In this document: positions 34,739 through 47,146 of the stretch, in pieces
Layout: each line of letters starts with the position of its first letter
Numbering within the stretch: position 1 is the first letter of the stretch
DNA from: Deltaproteobacteria bacterium
GTDB taxonomy: Bacteria; Desulfobacterota; Binatia; JACPRU01
DNA: 64,000 nucleotides
Assembly: GCA_016189835.1 (NCBI GenBank)
Contig: JACPRU010000065.1
Coordinates: forward strand, 260-64,259
Direction of reading: 5' to 3'
Made by a program: the position numbers and the translations under genes
Notes under the pieces: model-generated
Told to the model about the DNA's origin: nothing
Database searches by the model: none
Seen by the model: the letters and a program-made list of their open reading frames with translations, nothing else

Positions 34739-36568
34739 CTACTCGACGGTGACGCTCTTGGCGAGGTTGCGCGGCTGGTCGACGTCCGAGCCCCGCTGCA
34801 CCGCTACGTGATAGGCGAGGAGCTGAAGCGGGAGGGTCAGCAGCAAGGGCGACAGCAGCGGGTGCGTCGGCGGAACGACGAGCAGCTCGTTGGCGACGGC
34901 CGCGAGGTCGTCGCTCGCCCGGTCGGTGACGGCGATGATCTTGCCCCCGCGCGACTCGACCTCCTTCAGGTTCGACAGCGTCTTGGGGAAGACTTCGTCG
35001 TGCGGCGCCAGCACCACGACGGGCATGGCCTCGGTGATGAGCGCGATCGGCCCGTGCTTCATCTCGCCGGCGGGATAACCCTCGGCGTGGATGTACGAGA
35101 GCTCCTTCAGCTTGAGCGCGCCTTCGAGCGCCACGGGGTAGTTCACGCCGCGCCCGAGGTAGAGGAAATCCTGGGCTTGGGAGTACTTCCGCGCCACTCG
35201 CACGATGGGCTCGTCGCCGCTCAAGGCCTGCTCGGCGAGCTGCGGGACGTTGCGGAGCTGGGCGAGCAGGTCGCGTGCCCGGGCTGCTTCCAGACGCCCC
35301 AGGCGCCGGCCGAGGCTCACGGCGAGCAGGAAGAGAGCGGCGACCTGCGTGGTGAACGCCTTGGTCGACGCCACGCTGATCTCCGGGCCGGCGTGGGTGT
35401 ACAGCACGGCGTCACAGCGGCGTGCGATCGAGGAATCGACCACGTTGCACACCGCGAGCGTGGCCGCGCCCGCGCGCCGCGCTTCCTCCACGGCTCCCAG
35501 CGTGTCGGCGGTCTCGCCCGACTGCGAGACGACGATCAGCAGATCCCGCTCGCCGAGCACCGGACGGCGGTAGCGAAGCTCGCTCGCGTAGTCCACCTCG
35601 GCGGGCAAGCGCGTCAGCTGATTCAGGAAGAACTTGCCGATCAGCGAGGCGTGCCAGGCGGTGCCGCACGCCGCCAGCGTCACGCGCTCGATCCGCGGCC
35701 AGCGCTTCTCCAGGGCGTCGAGCTCCCCGAGCGGCGCATCGGCGCTCTCCAGTCGGATCCGGCCGCGCAGCGTGTCGATCAGCGCCTGCGGCTGCTCGTG
35801 GATCTCCTTCAGCAGGAAGTGCTTGTGGCCGCCCTTCTGCGCCGTCACCGGGTCCCACGTCACGTGCCGCGGCGGGCGATCGCGCGGCCGGCCTTCGAAG
35901 TCGGTGAGCGTGACGCCGCCGCACGTCAGCTCGGCGATCTCGCCGTCCTCGAGGAAGATCATGTCGCGAGTGTATTCGAGGATCGCCGGGATGTCGGAGG
36001 CGATCAGATTCTCCTTGCGGCCGATGCCGATGACGATCGGGGTCGCCGTCTTGGCGGCGACCAGTCGATCGCGTTCGAGCTCGCTCATCACCACGATCGA
36101 GAAGGAGCCGTGCAGGCGCCGCACCGCCCGACGGGTCGCCTCCGCCAGGCCCACGCCGGGCCGAAGCTCCTCGTCGATCAGGTGGGCGATCACTTCCGTG
36201 TCGGTCTCCGAGGCGAGCTGCCGGCCGCGGTGCTCGAGCTCGGCGCGCAGCTCCAGGTAATTCTCGATGATGCCGTTGTGGATCAGCACGACCCGGCCAG
36301 CGCGGTGCGGATGCGCGTTCTCCTCCGACGGCCGGCCGTGCGTCGCCCAGCGCGTGTGGCCGATGCCGATCGAGCCGACCAGCGGCGTCTCGGCGAGCAT
36401 CCGCTCGAGGTTGGTGAGCTTGCCGACGCAGCGGCGCACCTGGATGCCGTCGTCGTCGAGCGCGGCGACGCCGGCCGAGTCGTAGCCGCGGTACTCGAGC
36501 CGCCGTAGCGCTCCGATCAGCACCCCACTCGCCTCGCGGGGCCCCACGTACCCGACGATGCCGCACAT
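34739..36568 (-). CDS. glmS: Glutamine-fructose-6-phosphate transaminase
   Basis: MCGIVG, EYRGYDSAG, GHTRWATHG, SQSGETADT, PRNLAKSVTVE. Confidence 0.97.
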   Translation of the reverse strand: MCGIVGYVGPREASGVLIGALRRLEYRGYDSAGVAALDDDGIQVRRCVGKLTNLERMLAETPLVGSIGIGHTRWATHGRPSEENAHPHRAGRVVLIHNGIIENYLELRAELEHRGRQLASETDTEVIAHLIDEELRPGVGLAEATRRAVRRLHGSFSIVVMSELERDRLVAAKTATPIVIGIGRKENLIASDIPAILEYTRDMIFLEDGEIAELTCGGVTLTDFEGRPRDRPPRHVTWDPVTAQKGGHKHFLLKEIHEQPQALIDTLRGRIRLESADAPLGELDALEKRWPRIERVTLAACGTAWHASLIGKFFLNQLTRLPAEVDYASELRYRRPVLGERDLLIVVSQSGETADTLGAVEEARRAGAATLAVCNVVDSSIARRCDAVLYTHAGPEISVASTKAFTTQVAALFLLAVSLGRRLGRLEAARARDLLAQLRNVPQLAEQALSGDEPIVRVARKYSQAQDFLYLGRGVNYPVALEGALKLKELSYIHAEGYPAGEMKHGPIALITEAMPVVVLAPHDEVFPKTLSNLKEVESRGGKIIAVTDRASDDLAAVANELLVVPPTHPLLSPLLLTLPLQLLAYHVAVQRGSDVDQPRNLAKSVTVE

Positions 36569-37254
36569 CAGCCCTTGCCCGCCTTCATCTTCTTGCGCTT
36601 CTCCGCGGTCCAGCCCTCGCGCACCCGCTCGCGCCGCTCGTTGTACACCAGCGCACCGGCGGGCACGTCGTGGCGCACGGTGCTCGCCGTGGCCACGTAG
36701 ACGTCGTCCCCGAGCGTCACCGGCGCCACCAGCGTCGTGTCGCTGCCGACCTGCACGCGGTCGCCGATCGTGGTGGGGTGCTTGGCGAATCCGTCGTAGT
36801 TGCAGGTGATCGTGCCGGCGCCGACGTTGGTCTCGCGGCCGATGGTGACGTCGCCGAGGTAGGTGAGATGGTTCGCCTTGGTGCCTTCCCCGACCACCGC
36901 CTTCTTGGTCTCGACGAAGTTCCCGATGTGCACCCGGGCCGCCAGCGACGTTCCGGGGCGCAGGTGGGCGAAGGGCCCGATCGCGGCGTCGTCGCCGATC
37001 CTCGACCCCGAGATCACCACCGAGAATCTCAGGTGCACCCGATCGCCGATCTCGGCGTCCGTCAGGTAGGCGCTGCCGTCGATGCGGCAGTCCCGGCCGA
37101 CGCGCGTGCAGCCGCGCAGGTGCGTGTTGGGGCCGATCACGGTTCCCGCTCCGACCGTGACCTCGCCGTCCACGTAGGTCGACTCGGGGTCTTCCAACAC
37201 CACACCGGCCGCTTCCAGCCGCCGGACGGCCTCGCGGCGCCGCTCCCTGCTCAT
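36568..37254 (-). CDS. glmU: GlmU acetyltransferase (hexapeptide-repeat) domain only
   Basis: IGPFAHLRP, IGNFVETKK, KANHLTYLGD, GAGTITCNYDG; about 228 aa with no uridyltransferase domain. Confidence 0.9.
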   Translation of the reverse strand: MSRERRREAVRRLEAAGVVLEDPESTYVDGEVTVGAGTVIGPNTHLRGCTRVGRDCRIDGSAYLTDAEIGDRVHLRFSVVISGSRIGDDAAIGPFAHLRPGTSLAARVHIGNFVETKKAVVGEGTKANHLTYLGDVTIGRETNVGAGTITCNYDGFAKHPTTIGDRVQVGSDTTLVAPVTLGDDVYVATASTVRHDVPAGALVYNERRERVREGWTAEKRKKMKAGKG

Positions 37255-37360
37255 GGGTCCGCCTTGCCGCTCCGTGCGGCGTTCTGTCAATACGCCGGCG
37301 AAAAAACGCCCGAGGCCGGACCGACCTCGGGCGGGGACTCGTGGCGCCGCCGCGCCCGGC

Positions 37361-37846
37361 TCACCGCTGCGGGTCGATCAGCGCGCCGAGCAAGAACGGC
37401 CAGTCGCGCTTCCAATCGAACGCGCCGTCGTACGCGTCCCGCGCGCCGCGCCCGTAGTACGGATCGTACCGGGTCGCGTCGTACGGCGGCGGTCCGTGGG
37501 CCACCCGATTGCGGCAGTCGTAGAGGTCGCGCTGCGCGTTGCGCAGGTCGTCCCTGTACCATTGCAGCGCCTTGCGGTGCCGGCCGGTCGGAGTGATCTC
37601 GGCGATCTTGCCGCGGTCGAAGCCGATGCGGTCGATGATCTGGCCGCAGCGTGCCGCGAACTCGCCGCGGTTCCAGCGCCGGTAGCGACCGGAGTCGCCT
37701 CGGTCGTAGCGGTCGTCGTCGTCGTGATGATGGTGGTGACGCCACACGCCGGCCCACGGGGGGGGATCGGCGCCGGCGCGGGAAACGAGCGAGAGCGTCA
37801 AGCCCGCCGCGAGAGCCCCGCAGAGGAACATTGCCCGCCAACTCAT
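37361..37846 (-). CDS. Secreted hypothetical protein with His5-Asp4 tract
   Basis: GGAGG RBS, signal peptide ending AGA-DPPPWAG, two Cys flanking a helical segment. Confidence 0.8.
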   Translation of the reverse strand: MSWRAMFLCGALAAGLTLSLVSRAGADPPPWAGVWRHHHHHDDDDRYDRGDSGRYRRWNRGEFAARCGQIIDRIGFDRGKIAEITPTGRHRKALQWYRDDLRNAQRDLYDCRNRVAHGPPPYDATRYDPYYGRGARDAYDGAFDWKRDWPFLLGALIDPQR

Positions 37847-37875
37847 GGCTCGAACCTCCATACCTGAGTGCTCCA

Positions 37876-37890
37876 ACCCCCGAAGGGGGT
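37876..37890 (-). other. Stable hairpin with C(UUCG)G tetraloop
   Basis: Minus strand ACCCCCUUCGGGGGU between the flavin reductase stop and the next RBS; terminator or mRNA stabiliser. Confidence 0.45.
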
Positions 37891-37910
37891 GCGGCGTTGC
37901 GCGGCTCTGC

Positions 37911-38387
37911 TCAGGGACCGAGCTTGCGATAACCGCCGCGGAAGAAGAGCAGGGGCGCACCGTCGCCGGCGTCCGCGACATCGACCTCGCCGAGGTAGAT
38001 CGTGTGGTCGCCGGCGTCGATCGCGCGCACGACCCGGCAGGCCAGATGACCCACTGCGTCATCGAGGACGGCGCAGCCGAGCTCGTTCGTGCGATGGCCG
38101 ATGCCTGCGAACTTCTCGATTCCGCTGGTGGCGAACTTGCGGGACAGCGTCTCCTGGCCTTCGGCGAGGATGTTGATGGTGAATACCCCGCTGCGCTCGA
38201 AGTACGGATAGGTGTCGGCGTTCTTGTCCACGCACACGAGCATCAGCGGCGGAACTAGCGACACCGAGCTGACCGCGTTGGCCGTGAGACCGAACGGGCG
38301 GCCGCCCTCGTCGCGGGTGGTGATGATCGTCACCCCGGTGGCGAAGTGGCCCATCACCCGGCGCAGCTCGCTCTTGTCGATCGGCAC
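37911..38387 (-). CDS. Flavin reductase family protein
   Basis: LRRVMGHFATGVTIIT, SVSLVPPL, AGDHTIYLGEV. Confidence 0.94.
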   Translation of the reverse strand: MPIDKSELRRVMGHFATGVTIITTRDEGGRPFGLTANAVSSVSLVPPLMLVCVDKNADTYPYFERSGVFTINILAEGQETLSRKFATSGIEKFAGIGHRTNELGCAVLDDAVGHLACRVVRAIDAGDHTIYLGEVDVADAGDGAPLLFFRGGYRKLGP

Positions 38388-38398
38388 GCGCTGTCTCC

Positions 38399-39655
38399 CT
38401 ACCGAGCGCGCCGCACGGGGTCAATCACGGCAGGGGTCGGCGCGGGGCCCGGAGCCTCGCGTCGCAGCGTCTCCGGGATCGCCAGGCCCAGGGCCAGCGT
38501 GGCCACCGCGCACAGTCCGGCGACCACGAAGGCGACTTCGAAGCCGTACGAGGAGGCCAGCGCGCCGAGCGCCACCGGACCGAGCAGCAGGCCGACGTCG
38601 CCGGCCATGCGGTAGACGCCGATCACGGCGCCGAGCATCTCCCGCGGCGTCAGGTCGGCGACCATCGCCGCCGGCGCGGGAGCCAGGTAGCCGAGCGCCG
38701 CGCCGAGTCCCGCGCTCATGAGCAGCAGGTTCGCGAAGCCCGCCGACCCGGCGAAGCCGAAGCAGAACAGGGCGGTCGCCGCGAGCGTCGGCAACGCCAC
38801 GCGCTGGCGGCCACGGCGGTCGAGCAGCGCGCCGGCATGCCAGAGCACGGCGAAGTTCGCGAACGCCGAGGCCGAGAGCACGAGACCGATCGCCGATTCG
38901 GAGAGGCCGCCGCGCTCGCCGCCGAACAGCGGGATCAGATTGCTGCGCATGCCCGCGCGCAGCGCGAATACCAGGAAGGTGAGCAGCAGGACGTAGACGA
39001 AGCTGCGGCCGGCGACGTGACGGGCCACCGCCGAGAGCGGAGGCCGCACGGCGTGCCGTTCGTGCGGCGGATACGCCTCGCGGGTCACCAGGCCCCAGCT
39101 GAGGGCGGCGACCACCAGGCCGAAGAGCGCCATGGCGTAGAACGGCGCCCGCAAACCCCACAGCTCGGCGACCACGCCGCCGATCGTCGGGCCGAACGAG
39201 ACGCCGAGCAGGACCATGCTCTGGTAGAAGCCCATGGCCTTGCCCATCTGCTCGGCGCCCACGCTGCGGGCGAACAGCGCCATGATGGTGATCACGTAGA
39301 ACGCCGAACCGATTCCCTCGATGACGCGATAGACGACTAGCCAGGAGAAGCTCGTCGCGCCGGCGCAGAGGAACGCCGACAGCGCGGTGATCAGCGCCCC
39401 CGCGGTGGTCAGCGCGCGCGGGCTCCAGCGGTCCGCCAGCGCGCCGCCGGCGTAGTCGAACGCCAAGCGGCCGGCGGCGAACGAGGAGACGAGCAACCCG
39501 GCGCCGCCGTAACTGACGCCGAACTCCCGGGCATAGAGCGGCAACACCGGCGAGATGATGCTCGAGCCGAGCATGATCACCAGCGAGGTGATCGACAACA
39601 GCCTCACCTGGCCGGGCAGGCCGGAGGTGGCGCCGCGCATCCATCGAAGGGGCAT
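38399..39655 (-). CDS. MFS transporter
   Basis: About 12 TM segments, GALADRWS and GALLDRRGR motif A. Confidence 0.9.
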   Translation of the reverse strand: MPLRWMRGATSGLPGQVRLLSITSLVIMLGSSIISPVLPLYAREFGVSYGGAGLLVSSFAAGRLAFDYAGGALADRWSPRALTTAGALITALSAFLCAGATSFSWLVVYRVIEGIGSAFYVITIMALFARSVGAEQMGKAMGFYQSMVLLGVSFGPTIGGVVAELWGLRAPFYAMALFGLVVAALSWGLVTREAYPPHERHAVRPPLSAVARHVAGRSFVYVLLLTFLVFALRAGMRSNLIPLFGGERGGLSESAIGLVLSASAFANFAVLWHAGALLDRRGRQRVALPTLAATALFCFGFAGSAGFANLLLMSAGLGAALGYLAPAPAAMVADLTPREMLGAVIGVYRMAGDVGLLLGPVALGALASSYGFEVAFVVAGLCAVATLALGLAIPETLRREAPGPAPTPAVIDPVRRAR

Positions 39656-39744
39656 CCTGCCGGGAGACCTTAGCCCGGATGCGCGGCAAATTCCTCTGCC
39701 CCGCTTGCAGTCCGCGCTCGAGGCGTGTCAGAGATACGATTGGT

Positions 39745-40389
39745 GTGAAGAGCCGCGCGAGACTCGCCGCAGTGGTCCTGTGGATCGCGGCGCCCCTGGT
39801 GTCGGCGTGCGCCTCGGCGGGCCTCGTCCAGCCCCGCCCGCCGCTCTCCCGGGCGGGGCTCGACGAGGCCTCGCCGAGGCGGGCGCGGCACGCCGACGGC
39901 TTCTTGCCGTGGGCGGCGGACGAGCCCCAGCTGATCGTCGTCGACAAGACGTCGCGTCAGCTCGTGCTCTACCGGAACGGCGAACCGGTCAAGACCTATC
40001 CCGTGGTGCTCGGGCGCAACCCGGGGCGCAAGCTCTACGAAGGCGACCGGCGCACGCCCTCGGGCCTCTACCGGATCACCGGCAAGCGCGTGCACGCGCG
40101 CTACGTCCGCTTCATGGCGATCGACTACCCGAACGAGCGCGATCGGGCCAACTACCGCGCGGCGCTGTCGCGCGGCTCGATTCCCCGCGCGCGCCGGGCC
40201 GTCAGCAACGGCGTGGCGGGTCTGGGTGGCCAGGTCGGCATTCACGGTACCGACAAGGGAGAGTTGAACCGGGTCGGCATCAACTGGACGTTCGGCTGCG
40301 TGTCGCTCGCCAACCGCGACGTCGAAGAGCTGTACGGTCTGGTCCCGGAAGGGACCTGGGTGGTCATTCGCGACGAGTTGCCGCCGTAG
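39745..40389 (+). CDS. L,D-transpeptidase (YkuD) family lipoprotein
   Basis: GDRRTPSGLY, IDYPN, IHG...WTFGCVSL; VSAC lipobox. Confidence 0.9.
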   Translation: MKSRARLAAVVLWIAAPLVSACASAGLVQPRPPLSRAGLDEASPRRARHADGFLPWAADEPQLIVVDKTSRQLVLYRNGEPVKTYPVVLGRNPGRKLYEGDRRTPSGLYRITGKRVHARYVRFMAIDYPNERDRANYRAALSRGSIPRARRAVSNGVAGLGGQVGIHGTDKGELNRVGINWTFGCVSLANRDVEELYGLVPEGTWVVIRDELPP

Positions 40390-40410
40390 CGGGTCGACCT
40401 CGGAACCCGG

Positions 40411-41880
40411 GTGCGTAGCCCGCAATACGTTCTCGCGCTCGACGAGGGATCGAGCGGCGTCCGCGCAGTGCTCCTCGACGTCGACGGGCGGGTGGCGGGG
40501 CGGGCCTACCGCGAGGTCGCGGCTTCCTATCCGCAGCCCGGCTGGGTGGAGCATGACGCCGAGGCGGTCTGGAACCGGACGCTGGAGGTCGCGCGGGCGG
40601 CGTTGGCCGCCGCCGGGGCCCGCGGCGCGGCGGTCGCCGCGATCGGGGTCACCGGGCAGCGCTCGACCGCGGTCGCCTGGAGCCGCCAAACCGGCCGGCC
40701 CTTGCACCCGGCGATCAGCTGGCAGGACGTGCGCACCGCGGAGCGCTGCGCCGAGTTGCTCGCCGCGGGGAATTTCGCCTCGCCGCTCGGAGCGGCGACC
40801 AAGCTCGAGTGGCTGCGGCGCAACGTCGGGACGGTGCGCGCCGCCGCCGACCGCGGCGAGGCGCTGTTCGGCACGCTCGAGTCGTTTCTCGTCTGGAAGC
40901 TCTCGGCCGGCCGCGCGTACGTGACCGACCCCTCGTTCGCTTCCGTCACCTGCCTGTTCGACTTCTTCACCAACGGCTGGAGCCCGGCGATGCTCGCGGC
41001 TCTCGACCTCCGCGAGGACGCCCTGCCGGAGATCCGCGCGTCGAGCGAGGCCTACGCCGAGGCCGATCCGGTGTGGATCGGCGCGGCCGCGCCGATCGCC
41101 GCCCTCGCCGGCGATCAGCAGGCGGCGGTGTTCGGACAGCTCTGCCTCGATCCGGGCACCGTGAAGATCAGCTACGGCACTTCCGCGATGTGCAACCTCA
41201 ACGTCGGTCGGTCGTTGCGGTTCTCGTCGACCGGCGCATTCCCGCTGGCGCTCTGGCGGATCGGCGACGAGCTTCACTACTGCCTGGAAGGCCACGCGAT
41301 CACGGCGGGGGCGGCGGTCCAGTGGCTGCGCGACGGCCTCGGCGTGATCGCCGACGTGGCGGACAGCGACGCCATCGGGCGCAGCGTGCCGGACACCGGC
41401 GGGGTATGGGCCGTCCCGGCGTTCCAGGGGCTGGGCACGCCGCATTTCGACCCGGCGGCGCGCGCGACGATCGGCGGCCTCGCGCGCGGCACGACCCGCG
41501 CTCACGTGGTGCGGGCGGTGCTCGAGGGCGTGGCGCTGCGCTGCGCGGAGGTGTTCGACGCCCTGGCCGCCGACTCGCCGGCCGGGCGCCCCTCGGCGCT
41601 GCGCGCCGACGGCGGGGCGGCGCGCAACGATCTCCTCCTGCAGCTGCAGAGCGACCTGCTCGGCGTTCCCGTCGAGCGCCCCGAAATCCTCGAGGCGGCC
41701 GCCGCGGGCGTCGCCTACCTGGCCGGCCTCGCCGTCGGGTTCTGGAGCGACGTCGCGGCTCTGCGCGGCCTGTGGCGATGTGCCGCGCGCTTCGAGCCGC
41801 GCCTGTCGGAGGCCGAGCGCGAGGAGCGTCGCGAGCGATTCCGGAAGCGGGTGGCCGCCGTGCGCGAGGTCGCCAGCTGA
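40411..41880 (+). CDS. Glycerol kinase-like FGGY carbohydrate kinase
   Basis: LALDEGSSGVR, PGWVEHD, WQDVRT, GDQQAA, ADGG. Confidence 0.88.
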   Translation: MRSPQYVLALDEGSSGVRAVLLDVDGRVAGRAYREVAASYPQPGWVEHDAEAVWNRTLEVARAALAAAGARGAAVAAIGVTGQRSTAVAWSRQTGRPLHPAISWQDVRTAERCAELLAAGNFASPLGAATKLEWLRRNVGTVRAAADRGEALFGTLESFLVWKLSAGRAYVTDPSFASVTCLFDFFTNGWSPAMLAALDLREDALPEIRASSEAYAEADPVWIGAAAPIAALAGDQQAAVFGQLCLDPGTVKISYGTSAMCNLNVGRSLRFSSTGAFPLALWRIGDELHYCLEGHAITAGAAVQWLRDGLGVIADVADSDAIGRSVPDTGGVWAVPAFQGLGTPHFDPAARATIGGLARGTTRAHVVRAVLEGVALRCAEVFDALAADSPAGRPSALRADGGAARNDLLLQLQSDLLGVPVERPEILEAAAAGVAYLAGLAVGFWSDVAALRGLWRCAARFEPRLSEAEREERRERFRKRVAAVREVAS

Positions 41881-41918
41881 CCCCACCACGATCGGCCGCG
41901 ACGGGGCTGAATCCGCGC

Positions 41919-42994
41919 TCAGCGCGCGCCCGCGCGGTTGACGAAGTCGATCATCTGCCGCAGCCGCCCGAAGTTCGCGCGATTGAAGTGCAGGACCAGG
42001 CGCGGCAGCGCCGCGGTTTCGTCGGCGTCTTCCTCTGCGAGCGCCGCGCTCAAGTAGAAGCGCCCGCTCGCCAGCAGATCGCGGAAGTCGTTCTCCAGGC
42101 GCTGCAGGGTCGGATCGTCGAGCGGCTGGCGCAGCCGGATCACCAGCTTCTCGCCGACGTAGCGCGAGGAATGATAGACGCGGTAAAAGCCGCGGATCTC
42201 CTCGACCGCCTCGCCGGCGTCGTCGGTGACGCGGAACAGGGACCGGTCTTCTTCCGAGATCAGGCCGCGCCGCAGCAACTGGCCCTCCACCCGCTCCCGC
42301 CACGCCCGCCAGTACTCGCCGCCCGGCGCGTCGAGGAGCACGATCGGCATCGGCCCGGCCTTGCCGGTCTGCACCAGCGTCAGGCACTCGTAGGCCTCGT
42401 CGAGCGTGCCGAACCCGCCGGGAAACAGCACGACCGCGTCGGCCTCCTTCACGAACAACAGCTTGCGCGTGAAGAAGTACCGGAACGTCATGAGCTTCGG
42501 GTCGTCGGCGATGAACTCGTTCGGCCTCTGCTCGGACGGCAGCCGGATGTTGACGCCGAACGTGCGCTCGCGTCCCGCGCCCCGCTGGCAGGCACGCATG
42601 ATGCCCCCGCCCGCGCCGGTGATGACCATGAAGCCCGCGGCGGCGATCTGCCGCGCGAACTCCTCGGCCTGTAGGAACGCCGGGTCGCTCTCGACCGTGC
42701 GGGCCGATCCGAACGTCGTCACCTTGGGCACGTCGCGGTAGCGGGCGAACACGCGGAAGGCGTGGCGCAGCTCGCGCAGTGCGGCGTTCAACAGACGCAC
42801 GTCCGCCACCGGGGTGCGATCGTCGAGCAGCCGGACCGCCGTCACGATCAGCTCGCGGACGAACTGCGCCGCGGGCTCCGGCGCGTCGGGACGGAGCTGG
42901 CGGAGAAACTCCGCGGCGTGGTCGAGAATCGGCGATCGTCGCGGCCGGCGACGGGAGACGCCGGCGCGGGGAGCGCTCGACGCCGGGGGCTCGT

Positions 42995-42998
<4 letters not shown>
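41919..42998 (-). CDS. LOG family protein (long form)
   Basis: [30 protein letters not shown]. Confidence 0.9.
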
Positions 42999-45061
<2,063 letters not shown>

Positions 45062-45084
45062 GGAAACAATCTAACACGCGCAGC

Positions 45085-47127
45085 TCAGCGCGCGAGCACG
45101 TACCGACCCGCGGCCGCCTTGCGCCGCCGGGCGACCTCGCCCAGCCAGACGCGCACGGAGTCGACAACGACGATGAGGACGAGCACCAGGAAGAGGCCGG
45201 TGACGGCGGCATCCAGGCGATCGTTGAAGATCAACCGTTCGAGCTTGGCGACCTCCGCCGCCGGCAGATCGCCCGCGAGCAGGCGCCGGCTTCGCGATGC
45301 CGCCGCGGCGAGGAAGCCGATGCGGGCGTCCGGGCTGAAGATCTTCTGATAGCCCGCCGTCATGGTGATGGCGAGCAGCCAAAGGAGCGGCACGAGGGTG
45401 GTCCAGGCGTATCGCGCCCGCTCGTTCTTCAGCAGGATGGTCGTCGCCACGCACAGCGCGATCGCCGCCAGCAGCTGGTTGGCGATGCCGAACAGCGGCC
45501 ACAGGCTGTTGATGCCGCCGAGCGGATCGACCACGCCCTGATAGAGGAAGTACCCCCAGGCGCCGACCATCAAGGCACTCGACAGCAGAACCGAGGGATA
45601 CCAGCTGGTGCGGCCGAGCGGCGCCCACAGGTGGCCGAGGAAGTCCTGCAGCATGAAGCGGCCGACGCGCGTGCCGGCGTCGAGAGTGGTGAGGATGAAC
45701 AGCGCCTCGAACATGATCGCGAAGTGGTACCACAGCGCCATGACCTCGCGTCCGCCGAGCGTGCGCGAGAAGATGTGTGCCATGCCGACGGCCAGGCTCG
45801 GCGCGCCGCCGGTGCGGGCGAACAGGCTCTGCTCGCCGATGTCGGCGGCGAGCGTCTCCATCTCCGCGGCGCTCACCGGAAAGCCCCAGCCGCTGATCGT
45901 CGCGGTCGCGGCCTCGGGCGTCGATCCGACCACCCCGGCCGGGCTGTTGATCGCGAAGTAGATACCGGGCTGAAGCGCCGCGGCGGCGATCATCGCCATG
46001 ATGGCGACGAACGACTCCATCAGCATCGCGCCGTAGCCGATCATCCGCGCGTCGCGCTCGTTGGTGAGGAGCTTCGGCGTGGTTCCGGACGAGACCAGCG
46101 AATGGAAGCCCGAGATCGCCCCGCAGGCGATGGTGATGAACGCGAACGGAAACACCGTGCCGGCGAAGATCGGTCCGGTGCCGTCGGTGAAGCGGGTGAG
46201 CGCCGGCAGCTCGATCCGTGGCCGCAGCGCGACGATGCCGGCGGCGAGCGCGGCCACCGTGCCGATCTTCACGAAGGTGCTCAGGTAGTCCCGAGGGGCG
46301 AGCAGCAGCCAGACCGGCAGCACCGAGGCGAGGAAGCCGAAGGCGATGATCATCCAGGCGAGCTCCGTGCCGCCGAACGTGAAGTGAGCGGCGAGCGCCG
46401 GGTGGGCGTCCACCCAGCGGCCGCCGATCAGCGCCGCCGCCAGCAGCACGAGGCCGATTCCGGTGGTCTCGAGCACCGCGCCGGGTCGGATCACCCGCAT
46501 GTACACGCCCATCAGCATGGCGATCGGGATCGTCGCCCCGACCGTGAACGTGCCCCACGGGCTGCTGCGCAGCGCGTTGGTCACCACCAGGCCGAGCACC
46601 GCGATGAGGATCACCATGATCATCAGCACGCCGATCATGGCGACGAAGCCGCCGACCACGCCGATCTCCTCGCGGGCCATCTGCCCGAGCGATTTGCCAT
46701 CGCGCCGCAGCGAGCAGGAGAGCACGCAGAAGTCCTGCACCGCGCCCCCCAGCACGACGCCGGCGAGGATCCACAACGTGCCGGGCAAGTAGCCGAACTG
46801 GGCGGCGAGCGTCGGCCCGATCAGCGGGCCGGGGCCGGCGATGGCGGCGAAATGGTGGCCGAACACCACCCAGCGGTTGGTGGGCACGAAGTCGCGGCCG
46901 TCGTTGATGCGCTCGGCGGGGGTCGCGCGCGTCTCGTCGAGCATCAGCACCCGGGCGGCGATGAAGCCCGAATAGAACCGGTAGCCGACGGCGTAGACCG
47001 CGAGCGCGGCGATCACGAACCAGATCGCGTTGACGGTCTCGCCGCGCGCCAGCGCGATCACCGCCACCGCGCCGGCGCCGATCAGCGAGACGGCGAGCCA
47101 GGCGAGGGTCTTGACGAGGGCGGGCAT
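45085..47127 (-). CDS. cstA: Carbon starvation protein A family transporter
   Basis: [40 protein letters not shown]. Confidence 0.95.
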   Translation of the reverse strand: MPALVKTLAWLAVSLIGAGAVAVIALARGETVNAIWFVIAALAVYAVGYRFYSGFIAARVLMLDETRATPAERINDGRDFVPTNRWVVFGHHFAAIAGPGPLIGPTLAAQFGYLPGTLWILAGVVLGGAVQDFCVLSCSLRRDGKSLGQMAREEIGVVGGFVAMIGVLMIMVILIAVLGLVVTNALRSSPWGTFTVGATIPIAMLMGVYMRVIRPGAVLETTGIGLVLLAAALIGGRWVDAHPALAAHFTFGGTELAWMIIAFGFLASVLPVWLLLAPRDYLSTFVKIGTVAALAAGIVALRPRIELPALTRFTDGTGPIFAGTVFPFAFITIACGAISGFHSLVSSGTTPKLLTNERDARMIGYGAMLMESFVAIMAMIAAAALQPGIYFAINSPAGVVGSTPEAATATISGWGFPVSAAEMETLAADIGEQSLFARTGGAPSLAVGMAHIFSRTLGGREVMALWYHFAIMFEALFILTTLDAGTRVGRFMLQDFLGHLWAPLGRTSWYPSVLLSSALMVGAWGYFLYQGVVDPLGGINSLWPLFGIANQLLAAIALCVATTILLKNERARYAWTTLVPLLWLLAITMTAGYQKIFSPDARIGFLAAAASRSRRLLAGDLPAAEVAKLERLIFNDRLDAAVTGLFLVLVLIVVVDSVRVWLGEVARRRKAAAGRYVLAR

Positions 47128-47146
47128 CTCCTCGCAAGCGTCTAGC

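Noticed and set aside
36560-36600. glmS ribozyme
   Set aside because: glmS is directly coupled to glmU with no leader.
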